From positions 1-64,000 of the IMG/VR virus record IMGVR_UViG_3300028197_001049: 64,000 bases of DNA, one strand, 5' to 3'. Positions within the stretch are counted from its first letter, which is position 1; every line of letters starts with the position of its first letter. The notes below the pieces were generated by a model, which saw only the letters and a program-made list of their open reading frames with translations, was not told the DNA's origin and did not search any database. This document shows positions 58,301 through 64,000 of this stretch, piece after piece. Made by a program: the position numbers and the translations under genes. This stretch comes from a virus.

Positions 58301-61300
58301 TGAACTGACGTGTCAGTAGAACTACCAACATTAATTGTGATAGTAGTAGCGGTCGTAGAAGTGATCGGAACAGGAGTATCGTATGTCTTATCCTTTTTCT
58401 TCTTTAAACCGTTCACAGAGGCACTCACAAAGGTATGAGCGGACGTATCACTAGAAACACCTATACGAACCTTGAATGTATCCTCAGTTGTTTCAGTAAT
58501 TGGCAACCACTTCTCTGCATATGGGTCAGACCCTGCACGAGGATATGAATGATTAGTTTGATTATTATCTAAAGCACATGTAAATGTAATTGAGTTATTA
58601 TCAAATTTAATAAAATCTCCATCTTCCCACCCATGATTATTGATAGTAATAACCATTACTCCAGAAACAGGATCATAATCTGCACTTTCAATAGTTTCAC
58701 TAAGAATAGATGTCTTCGGGTATGAATGATTAGTTTGATTGTTATCTAAGTCGCATGTAAATGTAATTGATTCATCTCTTAATTTGATAGTTTCATACTT
58801 AGATAATGTGTGAGTGCCAATAGTCAGTTCAACGTCACCCGATTGGGGGTCATAATCAGCAGCAGTAATATCAAAACCAACCAGAGGTGATGTACCTATG
58901 TTTACCTGGAAAGTATCTGTGGTAACATTAGAAACTGCCATGTTTGTGTTAAAAGCGTTATCAGTTACTCTGGGATAACTCTTCTCAGCAACATTTCCAT
59001 CCATACCACAAGTAAAGATGAAACTATTTTCTTTAAGAAGGATATTATCTGAATTAGCAAGACCATGATTAGCAACTGTTACATTTAAAACTCCAGTAGC
59101 AGCATCATAAGTTGCAGCAGTAGGTGTTCCTACAGCAGTTCCCCAATATTCAGCATTTCCTGGCGTTACTGTAAGATCTTTATCAAGCAACTGGTTAGTA
59201 ATTGCCGATTTCATCATATCACGCGCTTTATTAAATGCTGTTATAGATTGAAGAATTTCACCACTCAATCCATTCGTAATTAATGTATTTCCATTGACAT
59301 TAAAATATTTTTTGAGAAATTTACGAGCATAAACATTGCCACCAGTATGAACATCTAGTGATACGGCATCAATAAACAATCCAAGATCACGCTTACACTT
59401 TCCTTCGCCCGTAGTATCGGACCCGATAGTTTCTGCTGGAAGACCTGCAATAGATCCTGCAGTAAATGCATCATTTACAATACCAGCAAGAACTGTAATA
59501 GCAGATGTTACGTTAGCACACAAAGGAGCACCGAGAGGATCAGGAGTAATCGTAGTATCAGTAACTGTAAGTTGATTAGTAAATGCAAGGATCATATTAT
59601 CCTTAGCGGCATTAAAACCAAAAATTGCCTCTGCTTCTTCACCAAGAATACCGTTAGTTATAGGATTTCCAGAATCATCAAAAAACTGTAGTGCAAATTT
59701 ACGAGCATACTCATTACCACCATTAACAAGATCTAATGATGTGTAATCAATAAAGAGACCCATATCTCTCTTACACTTGGTCTCATACGCTCCATGAGAA
59801 GGATATTGAGCAATAATAGCATTCCAGGAATTATTAACAATCTCAGTTCTATTTTGCTGAATGAGTCTATAAGCGTCCTTAAAGCGATAATCACTCGCAG
59901 TGGCAGGATCTAGCGGATAAACAAAATCAGGATAGTCTATGGCGATTTGAGCAGCACCTCTGTCAATGATTTCCTTACGGTTCCTTTGGATATACCTGTA
60001 TGCATCTTTATAACGTGATGTTGATGTAGTTTGGGGATCATTCGGATAGAAGAAATCTGGATATTCAATAGAAATTTGAGCATTTGCTCTATCAATAATT
60101 TCTTGTTTATTGATATAAATTAGATCAGCACCATCTCTATGGCGGTTTGCACTAACCACAGTAGATTGAGCAGGGTCTAACCAGATTCCTTTATTTGAGA
60201 CAGGAAGTGCAACAGATGGATTATTTAAATAATACGTTAAAATTCCAATTAGAGTCCCAATCGTACTTTGAACATCAGCACAAACTGCAGGATCATTATT
60301 AGTAAGAGTTCCATTAGGATTGGAAATTTTTACTCTAAATGAATCAGAACTAGGAACATCATAGATTTCAAACTTATCATTAAAATTAATATTTTGAACA
60401 CTATTAGTAATTCCAGAAACATGGAGATATTTGTTATCTGGATATCTTTGACCAGCAATTGTTATTGCTAAATTATGATCTGTTGATGTAGTAACTGTTG
60501 CTAAACCAGCATCATACGACAGACTCACAATTGACCCAGTGTCAATTGGTTCTTGGAATACTTCATTCAATGCAAGAATTACAGAAGTATTTTTAGTATC
60601 AGTTGGGAATGTTCCGTCATTGGTGATAACACTATATGTGTTTGTATTTTCATTCAAATTTGATGAAAGATCCGCAATTTGTACTGATTCAATTTGATTA
60701 TCTAAGAAATTAAGTTGTGCAGCGCCTGTGCCCAAATAAGACTTCAAGTTAGCTGCTTTGATCGTAGATAATTCATATTTTTTAAATACAATATCAGATT
60801 CTACATTAATTGTCGGAAGTTGAATAAGAATTTCATTTGCATGAGGATTCGCAGCAAGTCCGATACTAAATGCGGAACCTGTTACAGTGTCCTCAAAGTC
60901 AACATCATTTTCTACAGATACTTCGCCAAATAATTTAAATCCAAGAGGATGAGTTGTTTCATCAACATACTTCTTATAATCACTAAGACCTTTAGTGCTT
61001 CTAATTACATATGAAAAATCTTGGTAGTAATAACTATCAGTAATTTTCTGAGAAGAAGAACTAATTTTACCCAGATCAGAATCAAAGAATCCAACTCTTG
61101 TCATAAATCCATCAACATTTCCAAAAACATCTGGTTCATCAATTGAATAAACTTTAGATGTTGTTGATTGAATTGATCCAGTTAGAATATCATTTACATT
61201 TAACTCACCAGATCTAACTTGTATATCTAATAACAATACATTTTTACCAAGTTCCTGAATTTTACCAATAAATCCCTCAAAATTTGGAGTCTTTACGGTT

Positions 61301-64000
61301 TCTGCTAATTTATATGAAGTTGAACTTACATCTACAGCAATAACTTTTTTATTAAATACGAGTGATTTTGCTAATGTATAATCTGCTGTAAATTGACTAC
61401 CATTATTATTAAATCTTACACTTTTAACCTTACCAATATTTGTACTTTCAGCAAAAATTTCAGCATCATTATCAATTACAGTAACAGTATCACTTGCATC
61501 ATAATCATTGCCAATAGCATCAATAGAAACTGAGACAATCCTACCACCAACAATAGATGGAGTAAGAACTGCACCAGTGCCATTAAGTGTGTTTATATGT
61601 AATGTAACATTATTAGAATATCTACTACCTTGACTGATAACACTGATAGATTCAAAACCTCCACCTGTTATTGACTGGGCGAATGAAGCATTATCTAACT
61701 GACTATGAACTATACCAAGAATTTTCGGTAATTTTTTATATCCTTCTCCACCATCAACTACAGAGATTTTTTTAATCTGACCTAAAGCACTTTTAGATAA
61801 CGTGTCGTATGAAATTACATTGACATACTGAAGTTGTTCTGGTTGACGTGTAACAGTATATTTAAACACATTATCACTGACTACTGTAATATTTTGGACT
61901 CCTTCGGGAGTTGATAAGACAGTGAAAAACTTTTTATCATTACTAATTTTTTTATTTTGTTCATAATAATAGATTCTCGTCACACCAAAATCTAGCAATG
62001 CTGCTTTTCTAATAATTAATCTAGCACCGGCAGTTCCTGGCGTACCAAGGTAGTCAATATTACTAATGGGGTTAATATTTGTAGAATCTTCTGAGAGAGA
62101 AAGGTTAAACCCAAAGTTACTCCCATCACTAGTATCAAGTATATACTCTGTTCCTCTAGATACTCTAAATTGCAGATCTCTTACATAATAGTTTCCAGTA
62201 TTTGTTGGGTCAATTTCCCAATATGTCGTAACAGGACCAACACTATTAATACTAATTTCTCTACCTGCCGGAGTAGATGAATCTAGAATAACACTGGTGT
62301 CTGATAAAGATCCTGATGATACTCTAACTTCAATTGATGTATTTAATTTATCAATACTATAAATTACACCAGCAACTCCTGGTGTGGAAATTGCAGAACC
62401 AACATCAAGTCTATAATCCTTGTCATTTTCTGGAATATGCAATGATACTACATTAGTAGCGGCATGAAGACGAATTGGTGTATTGAATTGTGATCTCTCA
62501 ACAGTAAATTGATGACTTGAATAATTTATTCCTGTAATTTTTAAAATTTCATCATTGATCATAATGAAATCATTTTCTCTATAGTCAATTGACGAATCTA
62601 CGTTTACAGTAGTTTGGTTAAATGAAACGTCAGCAACCAAAAAACTATTCGCAACCGGAGGTGTATAATGAACTGTTTGATAGTTTGATACTCTAACTTT
62701 ATATGTTTTTTCAGAGACTAAAGATTGTCTATCAAGATTTAATGTTACTTGATCACCATTTGATAGTAAGTGAGGTTCTGTTGTTTCAACGTTAACATCA
62801 AATGTAAGTCCTTGCTCTACATATTCAGGACCAGAAATATCAATTGGCCAAGGAAGATCAGGAATATTATTAGTTGTAGTAAATCCAGAAGCAGAAAACC
62901 CTGAAGATACACCATATGAAAGTGTTGATACTGGTTTACCCTCAATTTTCTCAACCCTACCAAAAGATCTAGATCCTTCTGTATCAGTATTATCAATAAA
63001 AACAAAATCTAAGTTTTTGAAGGAATCTCCACTAGAATTCACAGTAAACGAACTGAGTTCCCCTCTTTGAACCTCTCCTACAAGAAGGGAAGCATCAAAT
63101 CCTTGACTTGGTGTATTTGCACTTCTAATTCTCCTTGCATCTGCAGGTAAATTATTTTGATTTGATTGATTGAATTCAATATTAAAATTGTATTGTGATG
63201 GAACTGATTGGTAAGTTGTACCAAGAATATATGGATACTTTCCAGCACCATCATTGTCTACAGTTATGAAGTAGCAATATCTACCATTAGGATATTCTGG
63301 TGTTTTACAAAAACGACCATTATTTCTGTCAAGACTACCATTTCCTTGGGCAAAATTATAATCCTGAACAAATGCCCCCAAAGGATATACTGATGTACTT
63401 GGTCTTGTCGCAAGAGAAGTAGTGTTTAATGCATATGAACTAGTTTGTCTAGAGATGCCACTACTTTCATTCAATGCTTGAGAATAACCATATGGTCCAT
63501 AAATTGGATTACCATCATATGCCCATCCTAAAATAGGAGAGTGAACAAATCCAGATGTTTTTTCATCATAATTAGCATTTACGCCCTGAACATTATCAGA
63601 TAGCGTATGTCTGAGAATTTTTGGATTTGATGGATATCCATATTGTAAATTATATTCTATGTTTCTACTAGCATATAAGTAACCATTACCACTGTCAGAC
63701 TTTATGGACTGAGCTACTGCCCAAATACCTGCATTATCCTTGTCATGAGTAGTTTTAAATACTCTGTCAAAAGACCATTTTCTGACGATACTTATAGCTT
63801 TTACTCCTGATGCTTTTGAAATGATCCTTATTCTAATGGTGCTCTTGTCAGTATAATCTACACCACCATTAAGAACAGTAATTCCCACAACTTCATTGTT
63901 GTTAATTTGTGCTGTGGCAAAAGCACCATTTCCTTTTCCTGAGATATCAGTAATTTCTACCCTAGGAGCAACCACATAGTTAACACCAGGATTAGTTACA
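55312..64000 (-). CDS. g7: giant baseplate wedge protein (gp7-like), 5' end beyond the window
   Basis: Frame stays open to the window edge; KITDSYYYQDFSYVIRS...THPLGFKLFGEV core motif; directly upstream of g8; YHYH-like domain and nested repeats. Confidence 0.75.
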   Translation of the reverse strand, partial: VTNPGVNYVVAPRVEITDISGKGNGAFATAQINNNEVVGITVLNGGVDYTDKSTIRIRIISKASGVKAISIVRKWSFDRVFKTTHDKDNAGIWAVAQSIKSDSGNGYLYASRNIEYNLQYGYPSNPKILRHTLSDNVQGVNANYDEKTSGFVHSPILGWAYDGNPIYGPYGYSQALNESSGISRQTSSYALNTTSLATRPSTSVYPLGAFVQDYNFAQGNGSLDRNNGRFCKTPEYPNGRYCYFITVDNDGAGKYPYILGTTYQSVPSQYNFNIEFNQSNQNNLPADARRIRSANTPSQGFDASLLVGEVQRGELSSFTVNSSGDSFKNLDFVFIDNTDTEGSRSFGRVEKIEGKPVSTLSYGVSSGFSASGFTTTNNIPDLPWPIDISGPEYVEQGLTFDVNVETTEPHLLSNGDQVTLNLDRQSLVSEKTYKVRVSNYQTVHYTPPVANSFLVADVSFNQTTVNVDSSIDYRENDFIMINDEILKITGINYSSHQFTVERSQFNTPIRLHAATNVVSLHIPENDKDYRLDVGSAISTPGVAGVIYSIDKLNTSIEVRVSSGSLSDTSVILDSSTPAGREISINSVGPVTTYWEIDPTNTGNYYVRDLQFRVSRGTEYILDTSDGSNFGFNLSLSEDSTNINPISNIDYLGTPGTAGARLIIRKAALLDFGVTRIYYYEQNKKISNDKKFFTVLSTPEGVQNITVVSDNVFKYTVTRQPEQLQYVNVISYDTLSKSALGQIKKISVVDGGEGYKKLPKILGIVHSQLDNASFAQSITGGGFESISVISQGSRYSNNVTLHINTLNGTGAVLTPSIVGGRIVSVSIDAIGNDYDASDTVTVIDNDAEIFAESTNIGKVKSVRFNNNGSQFTADYTLAKSLVFNKKVIAVDVSSTSYKLAETVKTPNFEGFIGKIQELGKNVLLLDIQVRSGELNVNDILTGSIQSTTSKVYSIDEPDVFGNVDGFMTRVGFFDSDLGKISSSSQKITDSYYYQDFSYVIRSTKGLSDYKKYVDETTHPLGFKLFGEVSVENDVDFEDTVTGSAFSIGLAANPHANEILIQLPTINVESDIVFKKYELSTIKAANLKSYLGTGAAQLNFLDNQIESVQIADLSSNLNENTNTYSVITNDGTFPTDTKNTSVILALNEVFQEPIDTGSIVSLSYDAGLATVTTSTDHNLAITIAGQRYPDNKYLHVSGITNSVQNINFNDKFEIYDVPSSDSFRVKISNPNGTLTNNDPAVCADVQSTIGTLIGILTYYLNNPSVALPVSNKGIWLDPAQSTVVSANRHRDGADLIYINKQEIIDRANAQISIEYPDFFYPNDPQTTSTSRYKDAYRYIQRNRKEIIDRGAAQIAIDYPDFVYPLDPATASDYRFKDAYRLIQQNRTEIVNNSWNAIIAQYPSHGAYETKCKRDMGLFIDYTSLDLVNGGNEYARKFALQFFDDSGNPITNGILGEEAEAIFGFNAAKDNMILAFTNQLTVTDTTITPDPLGAPLCANVTSAITVLAGIVNDAFTAGSIAGLPAETIGSDTTGEGKCKRDLGLFIDAVSLDVHTGGNVYARKFLKKYFNVNGNTLITNGLSGEILQSITAFNKARDMMKSAITNQLLDKDLTVTPGNAEYWGTAVGTPTAATYDAATGVLNVTVANHGLANSDNILLKENSFIFTCGMDGNVAEKSYPRVTDNAFNTNMAVSNVTTDTFQVNIGTSPLVGFDITAADYDPQSGDVELTIGTHTLSKYETIKLRDESITFTCDLDNNQTNHSYPKTSILSETIESADYDPVSGVMVITINNHGWEDGDFIKFDNNSITFTCALDNNQTNHSYPRAGSDPYAEKWLPITETTEDTFKVRIGVSSDTSAHTFVSASVNGLKKKKDKTYDTPVPITSTTATTITINVGSSTDTSVHTYVPRLYTVTDATYDAATGILGITSANHGFTAGDGIIIGDGSLTFSCLMDGNTSNKTYPRSTDPASNKRLNVISATNDQLTVNIGASPLVSFTPTGADYNPTTGLMELTIGNHNLTAGTSIKLLPDSLVFTCDEDSNGTNHAYPRLTDPFYDTAINIESVTATTITIQVLTTIPSTNTTTHTFVSATTGAVVSGGNYTHTFVSATASALNQVVVTSGGNYSHTFVRAATDAVVLPAVTSVIANNDPTACADVRSNIHNLSETITFYLTQGSLLFPTPFPNELVGIPSSGEAVCRRDLGLVVDAIINDMKTGGNSNIREVVGRYLQGNSLLPDGLAGEVSESITAFNKARDMMKLAIANQLYEKDFTILPDFLTTSGIIDSSDVTGSIYTKGQFNYTNSTLNLFEAPKFGTTFHSIFFKFVNSSDDIRYSYKVRDILFDGTSKTFDLKKTNGSNIITEADENILVFIDGVVQIYGESYTINRSVNPNKIVFTEVHSPERQFFAYTFSKYKVLNNFSHEFNSSKKSFEFKFGDDIILPPDDHQILVLLDGIPQLEGSSFTIVDNVITFTEAPTVGKNCHCLYFYGKTFDKTISIWNGNVFEKLEYLGDNNPEGCRYFNKLSNTGDIIFPGDLIKIDGETTKKIIKIDERALENTDNLLYTAFVYTDNSYVRGKNAVANAVVSGIPISGGNTVGIQNTAGIQGTQGIPPVFDYQVTGVNITNQGLEYDVAPIVLFKVECGNPGTGAEAYAEITNGRVTNIVITNPGSGYTEAPELIFAKKYEIIRPQTPLFAKRELIVDSTSYNAINGFGVASVREEEFLLPIIISQLIISNTIHVETESRTLKDTSDAGLAYNLQTFDNNKFSYEPQELNDPLASYLGTGVTIEMINRYAPALTVGDFTTHRGVSQGSIEPSMINIGPEAYVSYGLTLNGAINDTVTTITVTGNVSNFPPTGYLEFGDETVEYTSISGQDFTVVRGSKSTTATSHTDTDYLRLAWRG
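57600..59140 (-). repeat. five nested beta-rich repeats (AxYDxxTG...H...FTCxxDxN..xYPR...HTFVSA) in the gp7-like gene
   Basis: Visible in the translation; DNA-level near-identity between about 58543-58592 and 58721-58770. Confidence 0.8.

Noticed and set aside
1-64000. tRNA genes or CRISPR arrays
   Set aside because: Intergenic gaps are short and show no cloverleaf motifs or regularly spaced repeats

Overview
A 64-kb, AT-rich stretch of a T4-like myovirus genome, almost certainly a marine cyanophage (it carries a cpeT-like bilin lyase and several cyanophage-typical genes). Nearly everything is on the minus strand. In transcription order (right to left) it holds: a giant gp7-like baseplate protein (5' end outside the window), gp8, a 2514-aa DUF4815/VrlC-like virion protein, tail-fibre and glycine-rich adhesin genes, a 2087-aa repeat protein and a 1907-aa fibre-like protein. 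Next come a divergently transcribed island of 2OG-Fe(II) oxygenase-like genes, the morphogenesis block g13-g14-g15-g16-(2 inserts)-g17-cpeT-orf-g18-g19-g20-orf-g21-g22-g23, a self-contained 57-aa Cys-motif gene, and g3-uvsY-uvsW-orf-g55-g47-orf-g46-orf-g45-g44. The left end has an HNH nuclease, an Sm-like gene, another 2OG oxygenase and a truncated dam methylase. T4-type late promoters, sigma70 promoters and intrinsic terminators are readable. The most interesting hypothesis: the gp7-like baseplate protein has three nested helical repeats that by eye follow the phycobiliprotein (globin-like) pattern, with both a Cys82/84-type C-x-R-D and a Cys155-type cysteine, while a CpeT-type bilin lyase sits in the late morphogenesis operon. 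This suggests a bilin-decorated virion. All family assignments come from motif recognition; no searches were run.
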